From assembly GCA_965287045.1 (NCBI GenBank), contig OZ336887.1, forward strand, positions 44,888,001 to 44,952,000: a stretch of DNA of 64,000 bases. Direction: 5' to 3'. Below are positions 1 to 60,710 of the stretch, piece by piece. The notes under the pieces were generated by a model, which was not told where the DNA came from, ran no database searches, and saw only the letters and a program-made list of their open reading frames with translations. How positions within the stretch are numbered: the first letter of the stretch is position 1; each line of letters opens with the position of its first letter. The translations under genes were made by a program, and so were the position numbers. The stretch comes from Carcharhinus amblyrhynchos (taxonomy: Eukaryota).

Positions 1-182
1 GAGAATTTAGCGCAGCCAATGCATATAACCAGCACGTCTTTTGGATTGTGGGATGAAACTGAAGGAAACCCATGCAGACAGAGGGAGAAACGTGCAGACT
101 TCGCACAGGCAGTCACCCAAGCTGGGAGCCAAACCCAGGTCCCTGGTGCTTGAGGCAGCAGTGCTAACCACAGTGCCACACG
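1..182 (-). mobile_element. V-SINE/HE1-like tRNA-derived SINE (truncated by window edge)
   Basis: Minus strand head gtggcactgtggttagcactgctgcctca..gggacctgggtt and V-domain gtctgcatgggtttcc. Confidence 0.85.
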
Positions 183-216
183 TTACCCCAGTTAAGGCAG
201 CAATTTTTGTAGCTTA

Positions 217-460
217 GTCATGGTGGAAGATTTGGCCCTTCGAGCCTGCTCCACCATTCATTACAATCATGGCTAATCATCCAACTTAGTAGTCTAATTC
301 TGCTTTCTCCCCATAACCTTTGATCCCATTCACCCCAAATGCTATATCCAGTTGCCAATGTTTTGGCATCAACTATTTCCTGTAGTAATGAATTCCACAA
401 GCTCACCACTTTTTGGGTGAAGAAATCTCTCCTCACCTCTGTCCTCAATGGTCTACCCTC
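217..460 (-). mobile_element. CR1 LINE 3' fragment
   Basis: ORF 218-448 'FFTQKVVSLWNSL' matches the CR1 ORF2 C-terminus; followed by a CR1-type 3'UTR. Confidence 0.85.
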
Positions 461-730
461 TGAACCTGTACAGAAATGTAGTCAGTGTTTTAATTTGGCA
501 CAGGACAATCCAGATCAGCCTGGAAATTGTCCCTGCATGAATATATTTCCTGATAAATGCTCTGGAATTTGGTGCCCTTGCCTCAGGGGTGAGAGTATTG
601 GTAATGAATAGTATCAAGACTAATCATAAAACCTCTATCAACAAAATGAACTCAAATATTTAAATCCCTAGGTTTTCAAATCTTGGTCTATCAGCTGAGG
701 TCAATAATATGAGGAGACTGCTGCCTGTTT

Positions 731-1032
731 GGGCGGTATAGTAGCACAGTGGTTAGCACTGCTGCTTCACAGCTCCAGGTACCTGGGTTCGATTCCCAGC
801 TCAGGTCACTGTCTATAAGTTTGCACATTCTCCTCATGTCTGCGTGGGTTTCCTCTGGGTGCTCCGGTTTCCTCTCTCAGCCCAAAGATAAAATTGTCCC
901 TTAGGGTCCCAGGATGCGTAGGTTAGAGGGATTAGTGGGCAAAATATGTAGGGATATGGGTGGGATTGTGGTCGCTGCAGACTCGATGGGCCGAAGGGCC
1001 TCTTTCTGCACTGTAAGGTTCCATGATTCTAT
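731..1032 (+). mobile_element. V-SINE/HE1-like SINE, near full length
   Basis: A/B boxes (tagcacagtgg; ggttcgattcc), V-domain tttgcacattctcc..gtctgcgtgggtttcctctgggtgctccggtttcctc, CR1-like tail gggccgaagggcct..atgattctat. Confidence 0.9.
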
Positions 1033-1864
1033 GAGAGACACAATTGGTTAACTCTAAAATGTCAACTAAACGCAGCAAAAGTTAAACGAGTCCTTGAATA
1101 ATGTGATACTCTTGCCATAGTTTCTTACAATTGATTAATGGTTTGAGAATTCACCCGCAGAAATACCTTTCCGCTTTTCAGAATTTATGAGGCATTGAAA
1201 GTGCTGAAACTATAACAGGAAATACTCAGAATTCTGGAAGAGTCCGTAGCTGGAACATTAACTGAGAACATGGAAGTTCCTTCCCTCCAAGTCACCAAAT
1301 GATTTGGCATCACCTTATGTTTTCATTCAAAGAGAATAAGGAGGAAATATTTCAAAGACATGTTTATATATATATTTAAAAGTTACAGAAATCTGTCACA
1401 TCACCTTAAGATGCATTGTTATGTAAACACACGAGTTACAAATCCACCCAATGACATGGGCAGCGACTGAGGATAGATAAATAAGCTAAAAACGTAAGCA
1501 CCCTGCATTTTAAACCAAGGTTTTAGCTGGACAATTAAACAAAACAAATTTCAATTTGTTAATGCAGTTCAAAATAGCACACTGTAAACTGTGCCTTTCA
1601 CAGCAAGTGCCCCGCAGTACATTCTGTTTGTGTTGAACTTTGTAGCTAATAAATATACAAGGGAAAAAGCAAGTATGCTACCAAGTGGCCAAAGGCTGCA
1701 TGACATGAGGATAATGCAAAAGCTGATGACTATGAAAAGTCACAAAGTGATGCAAAAAGACAAGACCAGCAAAGATGAGAGTTGTAACCAATACTAAGAG
1801 AGAAAAAGGGTTTTTCTAAGTAATAGGGATAGTCAAATTTGGAGACGGTCAAGCTTTTTAGAAA

Positions 1865-2200
1865 TGTTCTTTCATGGGATATGGGCATTTTTGGCAAGGC
1901 CAGCATTTGTTGCCTTTGAACTGAGTGGCTTGCTGGGCCATTCCAGGGTAGAGTGACTCTAGGCTTGCATGGAGTCACAATAAAAATGGCACATTTCCTT
2001 CCCTAAAAAGGACATTAGTGAATCAGATAGGTTTTTCCGACGATCGATAGGAGTCTCATGGCACCATTACTGAGACCAGCTTTCAATTCTACATTTTTTA
2101 ATCAATCACATGAATAACTGTCATGGTGGGACTTAAACCCACGTCCCCAGGGCATTAATTCTGGTTTACTAGTCCAGTGACAGCAAGATTACGTCCCCTT
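1865..2200 (-). mobile_element. tRNA-derived SINE, second family
   Basis: Minus head gtcactggactagtaa..ggggacgtgggtttaagtcccacc, core ttcactaatgtcc..agggaaggaaat; similar copies at 5335 and 15975. Confidence 0.8.
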
Positions 2201-2777
2201 TGCTAACAATCTTGTGCGAGAACGCCTGGGATGGTAGAAATGCATTTTCCAACATAGGAATTGCCAGCCCAGATGTTGGGTGATAAATGGGAGTTGGTTG
2301 AGTGATTACCTTTCGGAACCTAGATTCCAAGTCACCTGCTGCTCCAAGAAAAGTGCACAGACTGCTCGTCATGACTCAATATACTTGTGCACTGTGTACC
2401 AAAGGGTTATTTTTTGAAAGAAACCCAACTGCATTTGAATGAATCAATGCCAACTGCACACTGAATATTGGCAGGATATGATGAAAATTACTCCGCACAG
2501 ACAGGATCAACTTACAAATGCCAATGTGTTGGGTGCACAGTGTCCTTTCATGCTAGCTACATGACTCAGGCAGTTACTTACAGAAGGGAAAATATTTTGG
2601 AAATGGGCAAACCACTAAAAGAAATTGGAACATCCATTTTCAGTAAATAGGCAAGCCATTACATAGGGTAGACACTAACTTCAAAAAGTAGATAATTTAG
2701 CAATCTCAATTTGGGTTCAAATTAATGGAATATTGGAAGCACAGACAAATCAGGAAAATCACCATTAATTAGTTAGC

Positions 2778-3001
2778 ATGGAGATGCTGGCATTGGAATG
2801 GAGTGGACACAGTAAGAAATCTCAATACCAGGTTAAAGTCCAACAGGTTTATTTGGAATCTCAAGCTTTCGGAGCACTGCTCCTTCATCAGGAGTGTGGC
2901 TTGTGAGGTGACTCCCAACTCACTTGAAGGAGCAATGCTCTGAAAGCTTGTGATTCCAAATAAACCTGTTGGACTTTGACCTGGTGTTGTCAGACTTCTT
3001 A
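2778..3001. mobile_element. Penelope-like element terminus in inverted (fold-back) arrangement with hammerhead-like motif
   Basis: ~75-bp arms accaggttaaagtccaacaggtttatttggaatc..ctccttca / tgaaggag..gattccaaataaacctgttggactttgacctggt; another partial copy at 61931-62013. Confidence 0.75.
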
Positions 3002-3279
3002 GTTAAGCAAAGCTTATACTTGACTATTTTAAGACCGACTTCCAGGAAACTCAAGATATGAAAAGGAAATATAGGAAACGCCAATTATGGATTTTCAAAA
3101 GATGTTTGACAAAACGTCATACAAGTTGCTAAGAGGAAGAGTAAAGTCTGGAGAACAGAATGCAGTGAAGGTAGAGGCCTCTTGGATGTGGGTAGTTGCG
3201 CACTTCCGAGATCTATGCTGGAGCCCCTTCTGCTTTCCATTTATACAAGTGATTAGGTCATAGCCACACACTTTCACAA

Positions 3280-4530
3280 CCTCAACGTTCATTCCATCAA
3301 AAACATACCATTGCCGCAGTGTGTGCCAACCACAAGGTGCAATTCAGCAATTTGTCAAGGTTCCTTCCAAACCTACAAGAACATAAGCAGCAGGCACATA
3401 GGAATATCACCACCTGCTAGTTCCTCCCCAGCTTACACACCATTCTGACCTGGAACTAGAGCACAATTCCTGTTCTGCAATAGCACCGTCTTCTTTGACA
3501 GTCCCTCAGAGTCAAGGACTTACCCCCATTCTGGGGAGATGGGTTCTGCTGTGGCTGAGCTGTCCAGTCCTGGAGCCACAGGATTGGGACGGGGTGTTTG
3601 ATGAGATGGGTGGGCGAGACGTTCTAGATTCTGCACTCTTTCCACTGTTTATCTTTGGCCTCTGAGCACTCCAACCAGTGACACTCAAGATGGTTGGCGC
3701 CTTTGTGGATGTTTCTTCTCTCGTCCATGCGTTCTCAAGCAAACTATTCACATGTTGATGGGGATGTTGCATTTATTTAGGGAGGTTCAGAGCACTTTCC
3801 TCTGCCCTCAGTTATTGCTCGCCACGGTAGAGCTCTGAGAGCACTTGTTGCACATGGGGAATCTGTCCCGCCCATCGCAGCTGGTCAAGTGTGACTAATG
3901 CCTTGATGCTGGGGATACAGACGTGGGAGAGGATAGACATTTGTACGTCTATCCTGCCAGTGGATTCGCAGAATTTTGCAGAGGCAACATTGGTAATATC
4001 TCCCCACGTGTCTGCTGCACATTGTCCATATTTCTGATCTATACAGGAGGGAGAGAACTACAGTTGCTCTGTAGACCATGCGTTCTGTGCTGAATTGAGG
4101 TCTCAGCCTTTGAACACTTTCTCAGGTGTCTGAAGACTGCACTGGCCCATTGCAGTCGATGCTGGGTTTCATCATCTATGTCTGCCTGTGCCGAGGGGAA
4201 GCTCCCATGGTACGGGAAAAGATCCACATTGTCCAGGGGCTCACTGTGGATCTTGGTCAGGGGGACAGTTGTGTGTGGCAGGAGCAGGCTGGTAGAGAAC
4301 CTGTTTTCTGGATGATGAGCCTGAGGCCCAATCTCTCATAGGCCCCAGTGAAAGCATACTGCAACTCAAATGATAGAAATTGGCATGGACTAACCTGGAG
4401 AAATTTCAGCAACACCACAGGTGTACCTCCACCACATGCTTGGCAGTGGTCCAAGGTGCCATCACACTACCTTGAGGGAATTTAGATATGGGCAAATAAA
4501 TACTGGCTTTGTCAGCAACACATTCCTATA
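3280..4530 (+). mobile_element. CR1/L2-group LINE 3' fragment split by a nested RTE insertion (pieces ~3280-3487 and ~4390-4530)
   Basis: Both pieces are collinear with copies of the same family at 32690-32985, 56120-56380 and 62630-62920. Confidence 0.7.
3488..4365 (-). mobile_element. RTE-clade LINE, 5'-truncated, degenerate
   Basis: 'VYRATVVLSLLYRSEIWT..CLCKILRIHWQDRRTNV' and 'ADIDDETQHRLQWASAVF' are typical RTE post-RT motifs; 3' end gagggactgtcaaagaagac. Confidence 0.85.
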
Positions 4531-5334
4531 ATGATTGAAGTTTAATAAGGCAAAAGGGGTATGATACCCAAACTTAATACCACCAAATTGAGGGTGGGGC
4601 AGGGAGTGTGGTAGATGTGAGTAAATTAGATCCAATATTTAAAAAGAAATATCCTAGAGTTTAAGCCAGAAATCAAAGCAGATAAAATTAAAGTGAGATA
4701 AAAAGGCCTCTTAACTGGACAAAAAGCTGTGCAAACTGTTTGGCAATAGTAGGTGATGATTTTCAAACATGAGCCGGATAAAGAACAAGGTATTAAGAAT
4801 TTGGCCAACGAACACAACTGTGTTTAAATAAACAGCCACATTTATTGGCCAAAAGCACCACTGTTATTCATTTACATTACTGACAAATTGAAAGCTGTCA
4901 TTACAGCAGAATGCTGTGTATCTTCGGCAAAAACAGCCATGCCTGTCCACGGATTCACAATATACTCAGTATGAGGCGAACAATCTGCATGAGAACAACC
5001 TTGAACCCTGGCTGGATTGATCATGAAACCCAAGAACATTCCAATTCAAATGATTTAAAATAAAACATTTTTAGAGCAGACAGAAGAATTCCAATCAAGT
5101 TCAGCGTTCTTAATTCGAAGCTCCCATGTTCTGCGGAAGTGATGACACTGGCTCTGTTTTGGGCATGCACGCACCAGGCTATGTCTAATGTTATACTGAT
5201 AGCTTTGGTTTGATGCCTTTCAATGAAAACGCTCATCGTGTTCTCTTCAGTCCCAGTCTGATATTCTTAGTCTTCACACCTCCGATATAGTCAACTTATC
5301 GTTTAACTTCCCTAAACTAGATTTTCTCCAGCAC

Positions 5335-5692
5335 TTTTTTTATTCATTTGTGGGACAGGGGCACCACTGGCTGGCCAGCACTTTTTCCCATCCCTAGTTG
5401 CCAGAGGGCAGTTGAGAGTCAACCACATTGCTGTGGCTCTGGAGTCACATGTAGGCTAAAGCAGTTAAGGACTGCAGATTTCCTGCAGTAAAGCACGTTA
5501 GTATAGTGAAGCAGATGGATTTTTCCAACAATCAACAATGGTTTCATGGTCATCAGTGGATTTTTATTTTCAGATATTTTCTTTTATTGAATTTAAGATC
5601 TCTCCATGGCAGATGGTGGAATTGAACCCAGAACACTGACCGAGTTTCTGGATTAATAATCTAGCGATAATACCACTAGAACATCACCTCCA
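5335..5692 (-). mobile_element. tRNA-derived SINE, second family
   Basis: Similar to 1865-2200 (gactcttaactgccctct-like core, 3' ggccagc..cccacaaatgaataa). Confidence 0.8.
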
Positions 5693-6477
5693 TGTATTTA
5701 ACTCTCCTCAGCAATACCAAAATCCCTGCATCCATCACTGAAAAGGTCACTATTTCCCTTTGCACCCACGTAACTCATGATCTACCTCAGGCCATCAAAG
5801 GAACTAGTCTCAGCTTTTTGATGTCTGGCCTTCCACTTCCCATGACCAAACGCACAAGCAACTTTTTTTTGAAATATGTCCAAACGGAATATTTAAAGAG
5901 ACCGTCTGCCCTTTATCCTTCTCCTCTAAGAAAAGCTGAAACATTCCAGCTTCAGCTGCTGCATCAAAGACTTGTTCCCAAACGTGAACTGATGCAATTT
6001 TGATCTGCAATGCACAACTACTTTCACCATCCAAGTGAACCACTAACCGGTGTACCAAGTAAAAAATCCTGTGCCAGTTTTCTTTTAGCTTGACTTTGAA
6101 TCACATATGCAGATGAACTCCTTAATGCAACTTGTCTGCCAATTTCCAGCCAGTTGTTTACTTCACTGAAAAATCATTTGAAACCCAGAGAAATGGAAAT
6201 CAGCCCAAACATCCCCTCACATATTTTCTGGCTGTGTATACTATAATGCCTTTTTCCAACCTAGCCTTTAAATACATCTGCTTTGAAACCATTTAAGAAT
6301 TCTAAAGACCCATAGACAATGGGTCAGAAGTCCTGGCTCATTTGGGGACAAATTAACAGGAATACAATTAAGGGTTCCGCCATTTAGAGTATTGAGAGGC
6401 ATTAGGATTTGGGTGTACAGGTACACAGGTCACCGAGGAGAGGGAACAGCTGATGTTGCGATACTAGATGACTGTTT

Positions 6478-6602
6478 GGAAGGTCATCTGGACTCAAAAC
6501 ATCAGCTCTTTTCTCTCCTTACAGATGCTGCCAGACCTGCTGAAATTTTCCAGCATTCTCTTTTGGTTTTAGATTCCAGCATCTGCAGCAATTTGCTTTT
6601 AT
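6478..6602 (+). mobile_element. Penelope-like element terminal repeat fragment
   Basis: acagatgctgccagacctgctga..ttccagcat..gattccagcatctgcag motif; second degenerate copy at ~11195-11300. Confidence 0.6.
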
Positions 6603-7233
6603 CAAGGAAGTCGTTGCCAGCTATCTCCTTTGTTTGATCTCAGCAACTCAACTCCACAATTTGTCACTGATTATAACTCTGTCTACTGAATATTCTACTA
6701 AAATAGTTACAGCTCTAGAGTTAAGAAAACCACAAGATGAAAGGCACAAAATGCTAGTCCACAATTAACAGCCATTTAGGAATACCAATTTAAACACACC
6801 GCAAACAGCACTGCCAAGAACTGTGAACACATCACACCTCAGCGAAATTTAAATTGATGTTTGATAAAAAAAGAACATGACAAGGAGAGCCGTGCAACAA
6901 AGTACGTGTTATAAAGCAGTTCAAGTCAATAAGTAAAATTACCATGAATGCAGAGTTTGACAAGTAGCTAAGGAAAAAGTACAAAACAGTTCAAACATTG
7001 CTAATTATCAGACGTGATGCCGTTACCAAAGTAATCTAAGAAACAAAATGCTGCTTGAGCCCATGTTTTGGTCTAAATCTACTTTATAATATTTAGCATT
7101 ACAGAAAAATCTCCAAACCCATCTGAACATGTTTTTCCAGGTTAGAACACTTAACCAAAAAAACTAGCCCAAAATAATCATACTTTGTGGGTACACAAAG
7201 CAAAATAAATACAACAGATTTTTTATAGAAAAT

Positions 7234-7239
7234 TTTATT
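7234..7239 (-). terminator. Distal polyadenylation signal AATAAA of USP7
   Basis: Minus strand GTTG-AATAAA-ATTTTCTATAAAA followed by CTGTTGTATTTATTTTGCTTTGTGT downstream element. Confidence 0.75.
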
Positions 7240-7476
7240 CAACATACAACATTTTCCAGCAAAAAGGCAATATACAGGAAAAAGATTTCATACACTGCTA
7301 CGTGAATTAAAAAGATAAGAGGGAAGAGAAATTAAAAGTTGTGAATTGCAGATTCTATTTTACTGCACTCAACTAGACACGCTGCTGCAATTAGCTTAAA
7401 AAAACCAGTCTGAAATAAAACTACACGCAATGAATATCAACATCAGTGACTTTACCTGCAGACTCCTCCATGGGAA

Positions 7477-7482
7477 TTTATT
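7477..7482 (-). terminator. Possible proximal polyadenylation signal AATAAA
   Basis: Minus strand GG-AATAAA-TTCCC inside the 3'UTR; use not demonstrable from sequence. Confidence 0.35.
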
Positions 7483-8595
7483 CCTTCGAGTGTTAAAATT
7501 GTACATGTTCATCATTAAATATACAATTTTTTTTGTATTTTTTAAAATTTTTACAAAGTCAACAGCTTACTACTTACGTTATTGAGCATGCCCTCTGTGC
7601 TAAAGGCTGTGTTTTGTCATGTTATAACTTTTCACATCTCACCATGACAAAATAGAACACATTCAGATTTTTCAACTTTGCCCTTTCCAGCCACCATTTG
7701 TGTCTCAAAACTGGTTCCCACAGGCAGCACAGTAAACCCCACCGACTCCAGCCAGTTACCATTAGGAAGTACTAACGGCCATAGCATCAAAATAAAACAA
7801 GCATAGCCAGACCTACAAACTCGCACCAGGCAGGATACAATGAGTACTGATTTATTATTATTGCCAAGGTGTTCTACAAAGAGTATGGGATGAACAAAAA
7901 CCCAGATCATGTTTAAAAAAACAAATCAAAGACCACATTCAGCTGGGAGGAAAAAAAATGCATCTCCGTAATATTAAGTGCCAACAACGTGCAAGATGTA
8001 GTACAGACACCATTTATTAATGCTGTGAAAGTTGGTGGTGTTTACAAATTCACAAAAATTCTGAATTCATCCAAACTACCTAAATAAAGAAAAACTATCC
8101 AAATGACTGTAAACATGAACATGCTAGCTGCTGAAGTGTTTGAGAAGTTTCACAACACCTATAATTAGCAGCCAGCCAGAGATGTGAATCCTATGCCATC
8201 TGCTGTGGGTTATTCTAAAGGCATGGAACCATTTAGCGAATGACTAGCTGTTTTCTTTACTACTCAGCTCCTTCGCTATGCTGCCACATTCCGGCCACAT
8301 CTTTTCATCTTTAAAACAAGCAAGAATTCACATCCAACTGCATTGCTCTTTGAGTAGGTAAAACCATATCGTCTTTCCATCTGGAAAATAGGCAGTCAAT
8401 AGATAGAGAAGCCAAACTGAACAGCCTCAACAAAATAAAATTAGCATCAGCAGCAATCCTGTCGCTGAAGACTTCTGACAAGGTGCACGTGTACCAAAGT
8501 TCATTTTTACTGCTGTTGAATGGGTGCACACACTGTCTTTTTAATTTTTTTAAATTTTTTTAAGACACACAATCCTGACTAGTCGGGTATTGGTG

Positions 8596-56805
<48,210 letters not shown>

Positions 56806-59036
56806 TTAATACAACGAAACAATTTTAAGATCAACAACTTGCCTCATTTAATGGCATCTAAATCAGATTTGTGGCTTCTCAGAGCTAGCAGAATTCTAAG
56901 TCAATACTTTGACCATCTGACTGATGTAGTGCAAAAGTTACTTTCACCAGCAAGCCATCATAATTCCTGCATGTTGTGAAAATATCAGCATCCAATTTTT
57001 CAATTACAATTGGACATTTTCAAAATGTGAATTTCAGCTTTTCTTATAGACTCCCGTACACCTACACTTGTGTTTTTTGGGAGGCAAGGTGAGGCAGCTT
57101 GTCTCCCAATTTCAAGCATCAGTCTCTACTCAACGTTCCACCTCCACAAGCAATGAATTCACTTGATATCAAAATGTGCAAAAATGCATAGGAAGTTCAC
57201 GAGAACTATACAATAATAATGATCGATTAGGAATAAAGACACTCCTTTCCAACTTTATCATTCATACTAAGAAAAATGCCATCCAAAAGAGGAGCTTGAA
57301 GTAAATAGTGGATACATTGTTGTGGCATTTGCTCTCCACTATTACTTACCGTAGCTACTGCCTTCCTCGTTCTCAAAGATTCCTTGCACAAACAATTTGG
57401 GAATGGGCAAAATAGAACTGAGATACTGTTCCTCCAGAAAACATCTCACCCTGAGACATTAAATGGTCTTTTCCCATGACGCTGCACGCAAGATACCATT
57501 ATTTGCTTGCAGGAGGCTGCTCCAAGTTGCCAACAGCAAGAATATGGAAACATTATCACAAAACATGGAAGGTCAGACATTTGGATCAGGCCTATCAGGA
57601 GTTCTGTAGGCAGAGGTCGAACCTCTTCAAAATTTAAGCCGATTTCCACTCTAGGTAATTAATATTTTCCTCGTGCTCTACCTCCACAAGTAAATAGTAA
57701 AGGACAACAGTATAAAACATCTTCTAGTGAAATATTGAGGAAGCAAACGACATTTCATGTATGGTATAGTGGCAAAAGATTCACATCCTCACTTCAACAA
57801 GTGATCCCTGGAAGTACAATGCAAGACAGCATCACACTAATGGATGCCTTTCATATAGGTCTTAATAAGGGGATGGGTGTTGCATGACTCAAGACAAGGT
57901 CCTGCAAACAGAAGATGTGAAAGGGGAAATAGAAAGCCATTCAAGGGTGTAATGGCTTCAAAAGAACAATATCCCAGATGTCCTTTTCACCACAATGACA
58001 ACATTTCATGGAAGTTACAGAAATAAACTTTAAAACATTCTTCAGACACAAACACAGTTTTTTTGGTAACAGACAGAATTCAAGGAACCCAGATTTATCA
58101 CGTACAAGAACAATACCAAAGAATAAAATAAATCAAATCAGTGATCAAGGAATGAGAAGTTTAGATTACACAAGTCTGCAGATTTAGGAGTAAGGAAAGA
58201 GAAATGAGTTAAGGAGATAAGGATTATACAAATGAGTAACAGTGCTTCGGCACCTATGATTCACGGTTAGCCAAGATGACTTGAAAATTCCCAACATTTT
58301 CAATCCCCTGAGGGCCTATCCCTCTCGTCTTGAATCTCATTCAGCCCCACAACCCTCCCAGATATTCTCACTCATCCAATTGTGAAGTTGAGCATGCCCA
58401 ATTTTACCTGTTCTACAATTGGTGGCAATGCTTTTGGCTGCTTAAGCCCAAGATTAGAAATCTCTCTCTACCCCTCTATCTTTAAGGTATTTCTTAAGAC
58501 TCGCCTGTTTGACCAAAGTTTTAGTTATCTGCCTTAACTGTATGGTTCAATATAGCATTTTATTATTACTGTGAAGAATCTTAGGTGTTAAAGACACTAC
58601 ACAAACACACGTCGTTTCATTCTCAGCACGGTGAAGATTCAATGTAAGCAAGTAGTAAGGAATAGGAGCTGGAGATGGCCATTCAAGGCAATGGCTGATT
58701 TGTTACTTCAGCTCCACCTTCCTGAATTATCCCCATATTCCATTAGTGTCTATAAATATGTCAGCTTCTGTCTGGAATATACTCAATAGCTGAGCACACA
58801 TCTTGGGGCGGGCAGGGGGCGTAAGTATTAATGATTCATTATCTTCAGAGTGTAATCTCTCTCATTTTAGAGATAAATGGATGTCCCCTTATTGTGAGGC
58901 AATGAACCAGTGCTCTAGACAGACTCGGTCATCTCGCATTTTTCTAAACTCGAGGGATTGTAAGCTTACTTTATTCGATCTCTCCTTAGCCTATCTCGTG
59001 AATCTTTATTGCACTTCCTCAAGGTGAAATGCATTT

Positions 59037-59523
59037 AAAACTTTTCATCTTGCACTCATCAGGAGGGATGCAAGAATACCAAACATCAAAGGGAACAACT
59101 GATGAGCAAAGGGGTGCCAATTGGCTGGCAATTTGGCTCTGAATGGTCAAGAGTTACCATGGCGAATACACCATTAGATGTGATTGGGCAGCATTTGCTG
59201 AACAATCCCAAATGGATTAACATTTAGAAAAACCAATTTAAGATAACAGTCAGGTTTACAATGTCACTTTTGCTCATCTTCTGCAGGCAAAAGGAACATA
59301 TCCAGACATGGAAGTTTTTAGAATAAACAAATGAAACGGAAAATAGCTTCCTGTGTATGTCACCATGGTAAAGTAATGACCAGCTGGTTGGTTGACTTGC
59401 CAACCAGTCAACATGCCTTTTCTCATGCATTGTTGTTTCCTTTCAAATTTGGTACATTTCCATCTGTCCTGATGAGTGAAAAATGAAAAGCTTCAACACT
59501 GTCTCTTTTCTCAGCAATACTTA
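59037..59523. mobile_element. Penelope-derived element with inverted terminal repeats and a GIY-YIG remnant
   Basis: cttttcatcttgcactcatcagg..aaagggaacaac / gttgtttccttt..cctgatgagtgaaaaatgaaaag; internal plus 'IGQHLLNNP..NQFKI'. Confidence 0.75.
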
Positions 59524-60710
59524 ATGTATTTATTACCAAGCAACTGTAGGACAAGTATGCTGTTTCTTCAGATGAGAAGAAAACTCACCACAGTAACTTC
59601 AGGTGTTTAACCTCAATACTCTAGTTGCGGTTAAAAACAAACATTGTTAATACTCCAATTCAAAACAAATGGTAACATATCATCTGCCTTCCTGATTGCT
59701 CACTGTAATTTCACGTACAAGGACATCAGGTCCCTCTGAATATAAATTTTCCCAATCTTTTGCCATGCACAAAATTATTGCCCAATTTTATTCCCCGAAC
59801 AGAATAACTTCACACATTGCCATTTTTATTTCAATTGACACGATATTGACTAATCACTCAGCCTGTCTATACCCCCCTGCATATTTTTCTTGTGCCTTGC
59901 CCAAGAGCAAAGGTTCATAATTTGAGAACATTAGAGTTTCAGTTTAAAAGAAAGTCAACTGTTAGTGAGGGAAAAGTAACTTGTTACAAAAGCAGATAAA
60001 CATTTGTGGTAGTTTTAGCAATTAATTACATTAGGTGAGATGTATCAAGAATGTGAATAGATGAAAGGACTATAGAACTGAAAGGACTAAATAACTTGAA
60101 AGTTATGAATGTGATTTAAGAAGTTGCAACAAGATTTTCACTGTTCAAAGGACAATCAAAGCAGCCATCCATGCAAGTGGGAATACAAACAGCAAACACA
60201 ACAACCATAAAATCATGCAACACATTAACCAGAAAAATATGATGAGTAATCGCAATAGTCCATCCCCATTTGCAACAGCAATGATGCATTTTGACTTATT
60301 AGCTGTATTCTAGTTAGAGCTATTAATGTGAATAGTACATGGAATTGCACTGCTGTCAAATTCATTTCATAAATTGGGGGACTACAGGATAACATACACC
60401 TGGTTATGAATGCAGGATCCAATTAAAAGGCAGGCAAGATCTAAAAAAAATTCAAGAAATAACATGATTGGGACTTTCTTGCCTCCGAGGCAAATTTACA
60501 CATGAAACACCACTGCTTTTCAAAACTAGGTCAAATCCCCTACTGACCATCTAATACCTACTATTCATCCTTGTCCACAGTAAATGATAACAATTCTATG
60601 ACTATATGCATTCTTCAAAGAAAATCTACTCTTCAAATAAAATCAGCATTAAAATCATTCTATTTGTTATCAGCTACAACCTAATCATTTACAAAAGGGA
60701 ATATTACTCA

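Larger units (their letters stand above)
7220..8595 (-). other. USP7: USP7 3'UTR (approximate 3' end)
   Basis: Repeat-free, U-rich (minus strand) stretch after the stop, ending at an AATAAA followed by a GU/U-rich element. Confidence 0.75.

Noticed and set aside
731-810. tRNA-like sequence with A and B boxes
   Set aside because: Head of a tRNA-derived SINE continuing into the V-domain; no proper cloverleaf.
1-7200. Neighbouring gene downstream of USP7
   Set aside because: Only TE fragments and short spurious ORFs; no exon with a recognisable protein.
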